Translations under genes and position numbers: made by a program
The notes under the pieces: model-generated
What the model was told of the DNA's origin: nothing
Database searches by the model: none
The model's input: only the letters and a program-made list of their open reading frames with translations
Part shown: positions 30,166 to 44,606 of the stretch, piece by piece
How the letters are laid out: every line of letters begins with the position of its first letter
Numbering within the stretch: position 1 is the first letter of the stretch
NCBI RefSeq assembly: GCF_009914755.1
Contig: NC_060947.1
Length of the DNA: 64,000 bases
Reading direction: 5' to 3' (one strand)
From: the human T2T-CHM13v2.0 reference genome, Homo sapiens

Positions 30166-33100
30166 TGGGGAGAGCTGGCAAGATGGCTGAATAGGAACAG
30201 CTCCAGTCTGCAGCTCCCAGTGAGACCAATGAAAGAGGATGACTTCTGCATTTCCAACTGAGGTACCCAATTCATCTCATTGGGACTGGTTAGACAGTGG
30301 GTGCAGCCCAAGGAGGGTGAGCAGAAACTGGGTGGGGTGTTGCCTCACCTGGGAAGTGCAAGGGGATGGGGAACTCCCTCCCCTAGTCAAGGAAATCTGT
30401 GAGAGACTGTGCCATGAGGGATTGTGCTATCTGGCCCAGATACTATGCTTTTCTCACAGTTTTTGCAACCCCTAGACTAGGAGATTCCCTTGTGTGCCTA
30501 CACCACCAGGGCCCTGAGTTTAGAACACAAAACTGGGCAGCTGTTTGGGCAGACACTGAGCTAGCTGCATGATTTTTTTTATTTTTTATTTTTTTATTTT
30601 TGCCCTGTGGCACCTCGGAAACCAGTGAGACAGATCTGTCCACTCCCCTGGAAAGGGTACTGAAGCCAGGGAGCCAAGTGGTCTTGCACAAAGGGTCCCA
30701 CTCCCACAGAGCCCAACAAGCTAAGAACCACTGGCTTGAATTTCTTGCTGCCAGCACAGCAGTCTGAAGTCAACCTCTGACAATCGAGCTCAGTGAGGGA
30801 GGGGTGTCCACCATTACTGAGGCTTGAGTAGCTGGTTTTTCCCTTGCAGTGTTAACTGACTGTGCAGAACTCACCACAGCATGGCAAAGTGCATGGAGCC
30901 AGACTGCCTCTCTAGATACCTCCTCACTGGGCAGGGCATCTCTGAAAGAAAAGCAGCAGCCAGTCAGGGGCTTATAGATAAAACTCCCATCTCCCTGAGA
31001 CAGAGCACCTTGGGGAAGGGGCAGATGTGGGTGCAGCTTCAATAGACTTAAATGTTCCCGTCTGCTGCCACTGAAGATAGCAGCAGATCTCTCAGCACAG
31101 CACTTGAGCTCTGCTAAAGGACAGACTGCCTCCTCAAGTGGGCCCCTGTCCCATATGACTCCTAACTGGAAGTCACCTCCCAGCAGAGGTCAACAGATAC
31201 CTCATACAGGAGAGCTCCAGCTGGCATCAGCCAGGTGCCCCTCTGGGATGAGCTTCCAGAGACAGGAGCAGGCAGCAATCTTTGCTGTTCTGCAGCATCC
31301 ACTGGTGATACCCAGGCAAACAGCGTCTGGAGTGGACCTGAAGCAAACTTCAGCAGAAGAGGGGCCTGACTGTTAGAAAAGAAAATAACAAACATAAAGC
31401 AATAACATCAACATCAACAAAAACAATGACAACAGAAAAGCCCCATCCAACAGGTCATCAGACTCAAAGATCAAAGATAGGTAAATCCATGAAGATGAGA
31501 AAAAACAGTGCAAAAATCCTGAAAATTCCAAATATTAGAATGCCCCTTCTCCTCCAAATGATTGCAACTCCTCTCCAGCAAGGGCACAAAACTGAACAGA
31601 GAATGAGTTTGATGAATTGACAGAAGTAGGCTTCAAAAGGTGGGTACTAACCAACTCCTCTGAGCTAAAGGAGCATGTCCTAACCCAATGCAAGGAAGAT
31701 AAGAATGTTGATAAAATGTTACAGGAACTGCTATCTAGAAAACACCATTTTAGAGAACGTAATTCACCCAATGGAGCTGAAAAACACAGCACAAGAACTT
31801 CGTGAAGCATACACAAGTAGCAATAGTGGAATCAATCAAGCAGAAGAAAGAATATCTGAGATTGAAGATCAACTTAATGAAGTAAAGTGTGAAGACAAGA
31901 TTAGGAAAAAAAAGATGAAAAGGAACAAACCCTCCAGGAAATATGGGACTATGTGAAAGACCAAACCTACGATTCATTGGTGTACCTGAAAGTGACAGGG
32001 AGAGTGGAACCAAGTTGGAAAACACTCTGCAGGATATCATCCAGGAGAATTTTCCCAACCTAGCAAGACAGACCAACATTCAAATACAGGAAATACAGAG
32101 AAAACCACTAAGGTACTCCTCAAGAAGATGAAGCCCAAGACACATAATTGTCAGATTCTCCAAGGTTGAAATGAAGGAAAAAAAATGTTAAGGGCAGCCA
32201 GAGAGAAAGATCGGGTTGCCAACAAAGAGAAGCACATCATACTAACAGTGGATCTCTCTGCAGAAATCCTACAGGCCAGAGAAGAGTGGTGGTAAATATT
32301 TAACATTCTTCAAGAAAAGGATGTTCAGTCCAGAATTTCACATCCAGCCAAACTAACCTTCATAAGCAAAGGATAAATAAAATCCTTTCCAGACAAGCAA
32401 ATGCTGAGATATTTTGTCACCACCAGGCCTGCCTTACGAGATCTCCTTAAGGAAGCACTAAATAAGGGAAGGGAAAACGAGTAATAGCCACTGCAAAAAC
32501 ATACCAAAATATAAAGATCAACGAGACTATGAAGAAACAGCATCAACTAATGTGCAAAATAAACAGCTAGCATCATGATGACAACATCAAATTCACACAT
32601 AACAATATTAAACTTAAATGCAAATAGGCTAAGTGCCCCAATTAAAAGATACAGACTTGCAAATTGGATAAAGAGTCAGGACACATTGGTGTGCTGTATT
32701 TGAGACCCATCTCATGTGCAAAGACACACATAGGCTCAAAATAAAGGGATGGAGGAATATTTACCAAGGAAATGGAAAGCAAAAAGAAGCAAGGATTGCA
32801 ATCCTACTCTCTGATAAAAACAGACTTTAAAATGACAGAGATCAAAGAAGAGAAAGAGAGGCATTACATAATGGTAAAGGGATCAATGCAATAAGAAAAG
32901 CTAATTATCCTAAATATATATGCACTCAATACAGGAGCACCCAGATTAATAAAGCGAGGTCTCAGAGACCTACAATGAGACTTAGACTCCCACACAAAAA
33001 TTGTGGGAGACTATAAAACCCCACTGTCAATATTAGACAAAAAAATTTAAAAGGATATTCAGGACTTGAAATCAGCTCTGGACCAAGCAGACCTAATAGA

Positions 33101-36100
33101 CATCTACAGAGCTCTCCACCTCAAATCAACAGAATATACATTGTTCTCAATATCACGTAGCACTTAATCTAAAGTTGACCACATAATTGAAAATAAAACA
33201 CTCCTCAGCAAATACAAAAGAACGGAAATCATAACAAACAGTCTCTCAGAACACAGTTCAATCAAATTAGAACTCAGGATTAAGAAACTCACTCAAAACT
33301 GCACAACTACATGGAAACTGAAAAACCTGCTCCTGAACGAGTACTGAGTAAATAATGAAATTAAGGCCGAAATAAATAAGTTCTCTAAAACTAATGAGAA
33401 CAAAGACACAACATACCAGAATCTCTGGGACACAACTAAAGCAGTGTTAAGAGGGAAATTTATAGCACTAAATGCTCACCTTAGAAAGTGGGAAAGATCT
33501 AAAATTGACACCCTAACATCACAATTAAAAGAACTAGGCAAGCAAAAGCAAACAAATTCAAAAGCTAGCAGAAGACAAGAAATAACTAACATCTGAGCAG
33601 AATTGAAGGAGATATAGAAACAAAAACTTCAAAAAATGAATGAATCCAGGAGCTGGTTTTTTGAAGAGATTAACAAAATAGATCCCTAACCAGACTAATA
33701 AAGAAGAAAAGACAGAAGAATCAAATAGACGCAATAAAAAATGATAAATGAGTTATCATCCCTGATCCCACAGAAATATAAACTACCCTCAAACAATACT
33801 ATAAACACCTCCATGCAAATAAACTAGAAAATCTAGATGAAATGGTTAATTCCTGGACACACACACTCTTACAAGACTAAACCAGGAAGAAGTTGAATCC
33901 CTGAATAGAATAATAACAAGTTCTGAAATTGAGGCAGAAATCAGTAGCTTAACAACCAAAAAAAGCCCAGGACCAGATAGATTCACAGCCGAATTCTACC
34001 AGAGGCACAAAGAGAAGTTTGTACCATTCCTTCTGAATCTATTCCAAACAACAGAAAGAGAGGGACTTGTCCCCAACTCATTTTAAGAGGCCACCATTAT
34101 CCTGATACCAAAATGTGGCAGAGACACAACAACAAAAAAAAAAACTTTAGGCCAATTGCCCTGATGAACATCGATGCAAAAATCCTCAATAAAATACAGA
34201 CAAACTGAATCCAGCAGCATATCAAAAAAGCTTATCCACCAGGATCAAGTCAGCTTCATTCCTGAAATGCAAGGCTGGTTCAACATATGGAAATCAATAA
34301 ACATAATCCATCACATTAACAAAACCAATGACAAATAACACATGATTATCTCAGTAGACTCAGAAATGGCCTTCAATAAAATTCAACACCCCTTCATGCT
34401 AAAAACACTGAATAAACTAGGTATTTGTGGAACATATCTCATAATAAGAGCTATTTATGACAAGCCCATAGCCAATGTCATATTGAATGGGTAAAAGCTG
34501 GAAGCACTTTCATTGAAAACTGTCACAAGACAAGTATGCCCTCTCTCATCACTCCTTTTCAACATAGTACTGGAAGTTATGGCCAGGAAAATCAGGAAAG
34601 AAAAATAAATAAAGCATATTCAAATAGGAAGAGAGGAAGTCAAATTATCTGTTTACAGATGACCTGATTGTATGTTTAGAAAACCCCATTGTCTCTGCCC
34701 CAAAACTCCTTAACCTGATAAACAACTTCAACAAAGTCTCAGGATACAAAACAAAGTGCAAAAATCACAAGAATTCCTATACTTTAATAATAGACAAACA
34801 GTGAGCCAAATCATGAGTGAACTCCCATTCGCAATTGCTACAAAGAAAACAAAATACCTAGGAATACAACTTACACTGGACATGAAGGACCTCTTCAAAG
34901 ATAACTACAAACCACTGCTCAAGGAAAAAATAGGATACAAACAAACAGAAAAACATTCCGTGCTCATGGATTGAAAAAAGCAATATCGTGTAAATGGCCA
35001 TACAGCCCAAAGTAATTTATAGATTCAACACTATTCCCATCAAGCTACTATTGACTTTCTTAACAGAACTAGAAAAAACTACTTTAAATTTTATATGGAA
35101 CCAAAAAAGAGCCTGTATAGTCAAGACAATACTAAGCAAAAAGAACAAAGCAGGAGGCATCACCCTACCTGACTTCAAACTATACTACAAGGCTACAGTA
35201 ACCAAAACAGCATGGTAATGGTACCAAAACAGATACATGGACCAATTGTACAGAACAGACACTGCAGAAATAACACCACACATCTACAACCATCTGATCT
35301 TTGACAAACCTGACAAAAACAAGCAGTGGGAAATCATTCCCTATTTAATAAATGGTGCTGGGAAACTGGCTAACTATATGCAGAAAACTGAAATTGACCC
35401 CTTCCTTACACCTTATACAAAAATTAAAATGGATTAATGACTTAAATGTAAAACCTAGAACCATGAAAACCCTAGAAGAAAACCTAGGCAATACCATTCA
35501 GGACATAGGCATGGGAAAAGACTTCATGACTAAAACACCAAAAGCAATGGCAACAAAAGCCAAAATTGACAAATGGGATCTAATTAAACTAAGGAGCTTC
35601 TGCACAGCAAAAGAAACTATCATCAGAGTGAACAGGCAACCTACAGAATGGGAGAAACTTTTTACAATCTATCCATCTGACAAATGTCTAATATCCAGAA
35701 TCCACAAGGAACTTAAACTAATTTACAAGAAACAAACCCCATCGAAAAATGGACGAAGGATATGAACCGACATTTCTCAAAATTAGACATTTATGCGGCC
35801 AAAAAAAACACATGAAAAAAAGCTCGTCACCACTGGTCATTAGAGAAATGCCAATCAAAACAACAATGAGATACTATCTCACACCAATTAGAATGGTGAT
35901 CATTAAAAAAAATAGGAAACAATAGATTCTGGAGAGAGCATGAAGAAATAGGAACCCTTTTACACAATTAGTGGTTGTGTAAATTAGTTCAGCCATTTTG
36001 GAAGACAGTGTGGTGATTCCTCAAGGATCTAGAACCAGAAATAACATTTCACTCATCAATCCCATTACTGGGTATATACCCAAAGGAATATAAATTATTC

Positions 36101-36599
36101 TAATATAAAGACACATGCACACGTATGCTTATTGCAGTGCTATTCACAGTAGTGGAGACTTGGAACCATCTCAAATTCTCATCAATGACAGACTGGATAA
36201 AGAAAATGTGGCACATATACACTATGGAATACTATGCAGCCATAAAAAGGAATGAATTCATGTCCTTTGCAGTAATACGGATGAAGCTGGAAACCATCAT
36301 TCTCAGCAAACTAACACAGGAACAGAAAATCAAACATTGCATATTCTCACTCATAAGTGGGAGTTGAACAATGAGAACACATGGACACAAGGAGGGGAAC
36401 ATCACACACCAGAGCCTTCTGGGTTGTGGTGGGCAAGGGGAGGGAGAGCATTACGACAAATACCTAATGCATGTGGGGCTTAAAACCTAGATGATGGGTT
36501 GATGGGTGCAGCAAACCACCATGGCACCTGTATACCTATGTAACAACCTGCATGTTCTGTACATGTTTTCCAGAACTTAAAGTTTAATAAAAAAGAAAA
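30166..36599 (+). mobile_element. Full-length LINE-1, L1PA7/8-like, decayed
   Basis: 5' ggggagagctggcaagatggctgaataggaacagc, ORF1/ORF2 fragments and an A tail. TSD aagagtgcattag (30153-30165) / aatagtgcattag (36600-36612). Confidence 0.96.
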
Positions 36600-38040
36600 A
36601 ATAGTGCATTAGCTGCTATAGTACTATAGGGGGATGCAACGTTTTCCTAGGGACACCTAGTTAAGTATTTGGGTTTCTCAGAAGGTGGACAACCCCTTAG
36701 AGCTCCCAAAAGATTGTGACCTTTGTCTTTGGCTACCAGGGTGAATAGAGAAAGACCATCAGGTGGGGCCAGGGATAGGCCTGTCTACCCTTAGCCTTTC
36801 CTTGGGTGGGGCTTGCTGTGGTTGCTGTGGTTGCTGTGGTGGATGAGGGTGTGGTTCTCTGTCCAATGGATTTTTTATTTTATGAATTATTCGGGAACAG
36901 TTGTTATTAGGTTACACGTGTAAATTCTTTAGTGGTGATTTTTGAGACTTTGGTTCACCCATAATCCAAGCAGCATACACAGCACCATATTTATAGTCTA
37001 TTATCCCTCCCCTCAACTATTCTTCCCAAGTCTCCAAAGTTCATTGTATTATTCTTATGCCTTTGCATCCTCATATCTTAGCTCCCACATATCAATGAGA
37101 ACATACAGTATTTCCTATTCCATTCCTGAGTTACTTCACTTAGAATAATAGCCTCCAATCTCATCCAGGTCACTGCACACGCTGCTAATTCATTCCTTTT
37201 TATGGCTGAGTAGTATTCATATATATATACATATCACAGTTACTTTATCCACTTGTTGATTGATGGGCATTTGAGTTGTTTCCACGATTTTGCAATTATA
37301 AATGGTGTTGCTATAAACATGTATGTGCAAGTTTCTTTTTCGAATAATGACTTCTTTTCTCATGGGCAAATATGCAGTAGTGGGATTGCTGGATCAAATT
37401 GATCCAGATCAAATAGAAAGTAGACTGGAGTTCGTTAAGGAATCTCCACTCCACTTTCTATAGTGACTGTGCTAGTTTACACTCACACCAGCAGTGTAGA
37501 AGCATTCCCTGATCACAGCATTCACGCCAACCTCTACTGGTTTTTGCTTTTTGATTATGGCCATTCTTGCAGGAGTAACGTGATATCACATTGTGGTTTT
37601 GATTTGCATTTTTCTGATCATTACTGGTGTTGAGCATTTTTTCATATGTTTGTTGGCCATTTGTTTATCTTCCCTTGAGAATTGTCTATTCATGTTCTTA
37701 GCTCACTTTTTGATGGGATTGTTTATTTCCTTCTTACAGATTCATTTGAGTTTGTTGTTGATTGTTGATATTAGTCCTTTGCCAGTTCTATAGATTGTGA
37801 AGATTTTTCTCCCACTCCGTGGGTTGTCTGTTTGCTGACTGTTCCTTTTGCCGTGTGAAAGCTTTTTAGTTTAATTAGATCTTTACTATTTATCTTTGTT
37901 TTATTGCATTTGTTTTTGAGTTGTTGGTCATTAATTGCCTAAGCCAATGTCTAGAAGGGTTTTTTTTCCATGTAATTTTCTAGGATTTTTATAGTTTCAG
38001 TTCTTAGGTTAAGTCCTTAATCCATCTTGAGTTGATTTTT

Positions 38041-38332
38041 TTTTTTTTGAGACAGTGTTTTGCTCTTGTCACCCAGGCTGGAGGGCAATGGCACAATCTT
38101 GGATCACTGCAACCTCCACCTTCCGGGTTCAAGCAATTCTCCTGCCTCAGCCTCCTGAGTAGCTGGGATTACAGGCGCCCACCACCAAGTCCAGCTAATT
38201 ATTTTGTATTATTAGTAGAGATGGGGTTTCACTATGTTGGCAAAGCTGGTCGCGAACTCCTGACCTCAGGTGATCCACCGGACTTGACCTCCCAAACTTT
38301 TGGGATTACAGGCATGAGCCACAGTGCCAGGC
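38041..38332 (-). mobile_element. AluS (Sq/Sp-like), full length
   Basis: gctcttgt, gcaatggc and ctgacctcaggtgatcc diagnostics. Perfect TSD tgagttgattttt (38028-38040 / 38333-38345). Confidence 0.93.
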
Positions 38333-39819
38333 TGAGTTGATTTTTGTATAAGGTGAGAGATGAGGATCCACTTTCATTGTCCTACAGGCGGCTAGCCAAT
38401 TATCTCAGCACCATTTTTTGAAAAGGGTGTCCTTTCCCCCCACTTTATGTTTTTGTTTGCTTTGTCAAAGATCAGTTGGCTTTAAGTATTTGGTTTTATT
38501 TCTGGGTTTGCGCTTCTGTTCCATTGGTATAAATACCTATTTTGATACCAGTACCATGCTGTTTTGGTGACGATGGCCTTATAGTATAGTTTGAAATCAG
38601 GTAGCGTGATACCTCCAGATTTGTTCCTTTTGCTTATTCTTGCTTTAGTTTTGCAGGCTATTTTTTGGTTCCATATGAATTTTAGAATTTTTTTTTCTAA
38701 TTCTGTGAAGAATGATGGTGGTATTTTGATGGGGATTTTGTTAAATTTGTGGATTACTTTTTGCAGTATGGCCATTTTCACAGTACTGATTTTACCTATT
38801 CATGAGCATGGGATGTGTTTCTATTTGTTTGTGTCATCTATGATTCATTTCAGCAATGTTTTGTAGTTTTCCTTGTAGAGATTTTTTGACTCCTTTGTTA
38901 GGTGTATTCCTAAGTATTTTATTTTTTTGCAGCTATTTTAAAAGGGGTTGAGTTCTTGATTTGATTCTCTGCTTGGTTACTCTTTTGGTATAGAAGAGCT
39001 ACTGATTTGTGTACATTAATCTTGTATCTTAAAACTTTGCTGAAATTTATTATCAGTTGTAGGAGCTTTCTGGAGGAGTCTTTAGGGTTTTCAAAATAAA
39101 CGATCATATCATCAGCAAACAGTGCCAATTTGAGTTTCTCTTTACCAATTCCAATGCCTTTTCTTTCTTTCTCTTGTCTGATTGCTCTGGCTAGGACTTC
39201 AAGTACTATGTTAAAGAGAAGTGGTTACAGTGGGCATCCTTTTCTTCCAGTTCTCAGAGAAAATGCTTTCAACTTTTCCCCATTCAGTACTATGTTGCCT
39301 TTTGGTTTGTCATAGATGGCTTTTATTACATTGAGGTACGTCCCATGTATGCTGATTTTACTGAGAGTTTTAATTATAAAGGAATGCTGAATTTTGTCAA
39401 ATGATTTTTCTGCATCTATTCAGATGATCATGTGATACGTGTTTTTAATTCTGTTTATGTGGTGTGTCACATTTATTGACTTGTATATGTTAAGCCAACC
39501 TGCATCCCTGGTATGAAATCCACTTGATCATGGTGGATTATCTTTCTGATATATTTTTGGATTTGGTTAGCTAGTATTTGGTTAAGGATCTTAGCGTCTC
39601 TGTTTATTAGAGATATTTGTTTGTAGTTGTCTTTTTTGGTTATGTCTTTCCCTGGTTTTGGTATTAGTGGGTGCTGGTTTCATAGAATAATTTAAGGAGG
39701 GTTCCTCCTTTCTCTATATTGTGGAATAGTGTCAAAAGGATTGGTACCTTTTTTTAATATCTGGTTAAATTCTGCTGTGAATTCTTCTGATCCTGACCTT
39801 ATTTTTGTGGGTAATTTTT

Positions 39820-40235
39820 GTTCATGTCCTTTGCAGGGACATGGATGAAGCTGGAAATCATCATTCTCAGCAAACTAACACAGGAACAGAAAGCCAAACA
39901 CCACATGTTCTCACTCATAAGTGGGAGTTGAACAGTGAGAACACATGGACACAAGGAAGGGAACATTGCACACTGGGGACTGTCAGGGTGTGGGGGTCTT
40001 CAGGAAGGATAACGTTAGGACAAATACCTAATGTAGATGATGGGTTGATGGGTGCAGCAAATCACCATGGCACGTGTATACCTATATAACAAGCCTCAAC
40101 ATTCTTCACATGTATCCAAGAACTTAAAGTATAGTAATAAAACAATAAATAAAGGACAATCAAGAGCTTGGGAATAACCCCATGCCTTAACTACTTGTAT
40201 TTTCAGAAATTCAAAGTCCAAACAAACAAGAAAAA
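39820..40235 (+). mobile_element. Short L1PA 3' end (about 330 bp) followed by about 66 bp of non-L1 sequence and a second A-rich tail
   Basis: L1PA 3'UTR at 39820-40153, unique segment at 40154-40219, aaacaaacaagaaaaa at 40220-40235. The host resumes at ttaccattttaatc. Confidence 0.85.
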
Positions 40236-43200
40236 TTACCATTTTAATCTTGCTATTTGTTATTGGTCTGCTCAGGGTATCTAATTCTTCCTGATTTAAG
40301 CTAGGAGGGTTGTATTTTTCCCAAATTTATCCAACTCTTCTAGGTTTTCCAGTTTATGTGTGTAAAGGTGTTCATAGTAGCCTTGAATGATCATTTGTAT
40401 TTCAGTGGAGTCAGTCGTACTATCTCCTGTTTCATTTCTTAATGAGGTTGTTTGAATTTTCTCTCTTGTTTTCTTGGTTTATCTTGCTAATGATTTATCA
40501 ATTTTATCTTTTTAAAAAGCAGATTTTTGTTTCATTTATCTTTCATATTGTTTTCTTTGTTTCAATTTTATTTAGTTCTGCTGTAATCTTGGTTATTTCC
40601 TTTCATCTGCTGGGTTTGGGTTTGCTTTGTTCTTGTTTCTCTAGTTACTTGAGGTGTGACCCTAGCTTCTCTCTTTGTGCTTCTTCAGTCTTTTTGATGT
40701 AGGCATTTAGGACTATGAACTTTCCTCTTAGCACCGCCTTTTGCTGTATACCAGAGGTTTTGCTATGTTGTGTCATCATTATCATTCAGTTCAAATAATT
40801 TTTTAATTTTCATCTTGATTTAATTTTTTATCTTGGATCATTCAGAAAAATATTATTTAATTTCCATGTATTTGCATGGTTTTGAAAGTTCCTTTTGGAG
40901 TTGATTTCCACTTTTATTCCACTGTGGTCTGAGAGAGCGTTTGATGTAATTTCAATTATCTTAAATGTATTGAGACTCATTTAATGGCCTATCATATGGT
41001 CTATCTTGGAGAAAGTTCCATGTACTGCTGAATAAACTGTGTATTCTGTTGTTGTTGGATAAAATGTTGTGTATATATCTGTTAAGTCCATTTTCAATGT
41101 ATAGTTCAAATTCATTGTTTCTTTGTTGACTTTCTGTCTTGATAACCTGCCTAGTGTTGTCAGTGGAATATTGAAGTCCCCCACTATTATTGTGTTGCTA
41201 TCTCATTTATTAGGTCTATTAGCAATTGTTTTATAAATTTGGGAGCTCCAGTGTTAGGTGCACATATATTTAGGATTGTGATATTTTTCTGCTGGGCAAG
41301 GCCTTTTACCATTATGTAATGTCCCTCTTTGTCTCTTTTAACTGCTGTTTCTTTAAAGTTTGTTTTGTCTCATATAAGAATAGCTACTCCTGCTTGCTTT
41401 TGGTGTCCATTTGCATGAAATGCCTTTTTCCACCCCTCTACTCTAAGTTTATGTGAGTCCCTATGTGTTAGGTGAGTCTCCTGAGACAGCAGATACTTGG
41501 TTGGTGAGTTTTTATCTATTCTGTGGTTCTGTATCTTTTAAGTGGAACATTTATGCCATTTACATTCAATGTCTGTATTGAGATGTGAGGTGCCATTGCA
41601 TTCATGATGCTATTTGGTGCCTGTGTACTTTGGCTTTTTTGGTTTTTGTTTTTGCTTTTTAACTTGTATTTTTGTCTTACAGGTCCTGTGTTATTTATGT
41701 TTTCAAGAGGTTTTGTTTTGATGTGTTTCCAGGATTTGTTTCAAGATTTAGAGCTTCTTTTAGCAGTTCTTGTAGTTGTGGCTTCATACTGATGAATTTT
41801 CTTAGCATTTGTTTGTCTGAAAAAGACTGTATCTTTTCTTCATAAATGATGCTTAATTTTGCTGGATACAAAATTGTTGGCTGATAATTGTTATGTTTGA
41901 GGAATCTGAAGATAGGGCCCCTATCCCTTTTAGCTTGTAGGGTTTCTTCTGATAAATTTGCTGTTAATCGGATATGTTTTCCTTTATAGGTTACCTAATG
42001 CTTTTGCCTCACAGCTCTTATGATTTTCTCCTTCATCTTAACTTTGGATAAACTGATGACAGTGTGCCTAGGCGATGACCTTTTCGTAATGAATTTCCCA
42101 GGTGTTCCTTGAGCTTCTTGTATTTGAATGTCTATGTCTCTAGCAAGGCTGGGGAAGTTGTCCTCAATTATTCCCCCAAATATGTTTTTGAAGCTTTTAG
42201 AATTCTCTTCTTCCTCTGGAACACCAATTATTCTTAGGTTTGGTCATTTAACATAATCCCAGACTTCCTGGAGGCTTTGTTTATAATTTTTTTCTTTTTC
42301 CTTTGTCTCTGTTGGATTGGGTTAATTTGACCTTGTCTTCGAGCTCTAATTGTTTTTCTTTTACTTGTTCAATTCTATTGCTGAGAATTTCTAGAGCATT
42401 TTGCATTTCTGTAAGTGTGTCCAATGTTTCCTGAAGTTTTGGTTTTTTTTCTTTCAGCTATCTATTTCCTTGAATATTTCTCCCTTCACTTCTTTTATCT
42501 TTTTTTTTTTTATTTTCTTTTATTGGGCTTCACCTTTCTCTGGTGCCTCCCCGATTAGCTTAATGACTAATCTCCTGAATTATTTTTCAGGCATCAGGGA
42601 TTTCTTCTTGGTTTGAATCCATTGCTGGTGAACTAGTGTGATTTTTGGGGGGAGTTAAAGGCCTTGTTTGTCATATTACCAGAGTTGGTTTTCTGGTTTC
42701 TTCTCATTTGGGTAAGCTCTGTCAGAGGGAAGGTCTAAGGCTCAAGACTGTTGTTCAGATTCTTTGAGTCCCATGGGGTGTTACCTATAGTATGCTCTCC
42801 CTTTCCCTATGGATTTGGCTTCCTGGGAGTTGAACTCGAGTGATTTTTCTCTCTTTTCTGGGTTTAGCCAGCCAGCAAGTGTACCCAGCTCTGGGCTCTT
42901 ACTGGGGGTTGTCTGCACAGAGTTCTGTGATGTGAACCTTCTATGGGTTTCCCAGCCATGGATAGCAGCATTTGTTCCAGTGGAGGTGGTGGTGGAGTGC
43001 AATGGACTCCATGAGAGTTCTTAGCTTTGGTGGTTTAATGCTCTATTTTTGTGCTGGTTGGCCTCTTGCCAGGAGGTGGCACTTCAGAGAGCATCAGCTG
43101 TGGTAGTATTAAAAGGATCCCACAGTGAGTGGGGCCCTAGAACTCCCAAGATTATGTGCCCTTTGTCTTATGCTACCAAGGTGGGTAGGGAAGGACCATT

Positions 43201-43663
43201 GGTTGGGGCCAAGGCTAGGCATGTCTGTGCTCAGGCTCTCCTTTGGTGGGTCTTGCTGTAGCTGCCGTGGAAGATGGGGCTGAGATTCCCAGATCACTGG
43301 AGTTCTGTAGCTAGGAGGATTATGGCTGCCTCTGCTGAGTCATGCAGGTTGTCAGGGTAGTGGGGGAAAGCCAGCAGTCACAGGCCTCACCCAGCTCCCA
43401 CACATACCAAAGAGCCAGTCTCACTCCTACCATGCGCCCCCAAGAGCGCTGAGTCTGATCCCAGGAAGTGGGCAACCTGGGCTTGAAAATTTGCCCCACT
43501 TACCTGCCTCCCAGCTGCAAAGGAAAAGGGCTTGGTTCTTCCCCAACCAGTGGAGTTTGCACGTCAGATCCACACACTCCCCTGAGTTCTAGCAAGGAGG
43601 CTTCTCTCCCCATTCAAACTGTTACAAAGTTGAGCTGGAGATTTTCTTCTCCCTATGGAGTTG

Positions 43664-43692
43664 CCCCCAACCCCCACCCCCACCCCCACCCC
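43664..43692 (-). repeat. (CCCCCA)n repeat, a G-quadruplex-capable tract on the minus strand, in an L1PB 5'UTR
   Basis: cccccaacccccacccccacccccacccc. Confidence 0.7.
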
Positions 43693-44606
43693 TGGCTCCT
43701 CTGTCCGGTCTCCCAGTGGATCCCTCTGGTACTAGGCAGGAATTTACTGCTTGGGGACCCAGCGAGCTCCCAGGACCTTTCTGCTGCTCCTTCTACTCCT
43801 GTACTTTTCTCTGATCTCTAAATTGATTTAGCTCCAGATAATGTCAGAAACTTCTCCTATAAACAGACTTTCAGTTTCTCCAGTGTGGGAGTGTCTTCAG
43901 GAGAGGAGGATCTCCCTTTCCCAGTACTGCTGTTGGGGCACTCACAGTATTTGGGGTGTCTCCCAGATCCTGTAGAAGCAGTCCACTTCCTTCATAGGGT
44001 CTGTGGGTCCTCTTGTGATTGCTGGTTTGTCTTGCAGTCAATCTGGAGCTAGAGTTCTTAATGTGAGCCTCTGAATGCTGCTCTGTCCATCTGAGTCAGA
44101 GCTGCAATCTAGTCCTGCCTCCCGTCCGCCATGATGAACCCTCTTTCTCCCCAGTCCAATGGAGTTATTTTCCCAGGGGGATTATGGGAGCCTCTGCTGC
44201 GTCAGACAGGCTGCCAAGAAAGTGGAAGAAAGCCAACAGTCACAGGCCTCATCCCTCCCCCATGGAGCTCATAGTCCTAAAGGCCAGTGTCACTTCCACT
44301 GTGCCCCTTCTAACAGAACCAAGTCTATTTTCTGGCAGCCAGTGACCAGGGCTGATCCCTTGCCCCAAACCACGAGCATCCCCCTTGAGAAAGCAAGCAG
44401 ATTCACAGTTTTTCAGCATCTCAGGGAGTCTGAAATGGTGATCCAATTTCTTCAAAGGGTCTGTGGTTTTTCTCGGCTTTCCTAGTATGTTCCTTTGGTA
44501 GTTCTTGAAAAAAAAGTTCACAATATGCATCTCCACACACTCCTCTGTCTGTTTGAGTGGGAGCTGCAAGCTAGTTCTTCCTCCTATTGCCATTTTAACC
44601 TTCACC

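Larger units (their letters stand above)
36871..44148 (-). mobile_element. Full-length L1PB-like element (longer 5'UTR, L1PB1-like) inserted in the 5'UTR of another L1PB
   Basis: 3' T-rich tail at 36871, ORF2 and ORF1 homology, 5' end ...tagtcctgcctcccgtccgccat (44110-44132). TSD core gtccaatgga (36861-36870 / 44154-44163). Confidence 0.9.

Noticed and set aside
36812-36840. (TTGCTGTGG)x3 repeat
   Set aside because: Simple slippage of a 5'UTR motif with no further structure.
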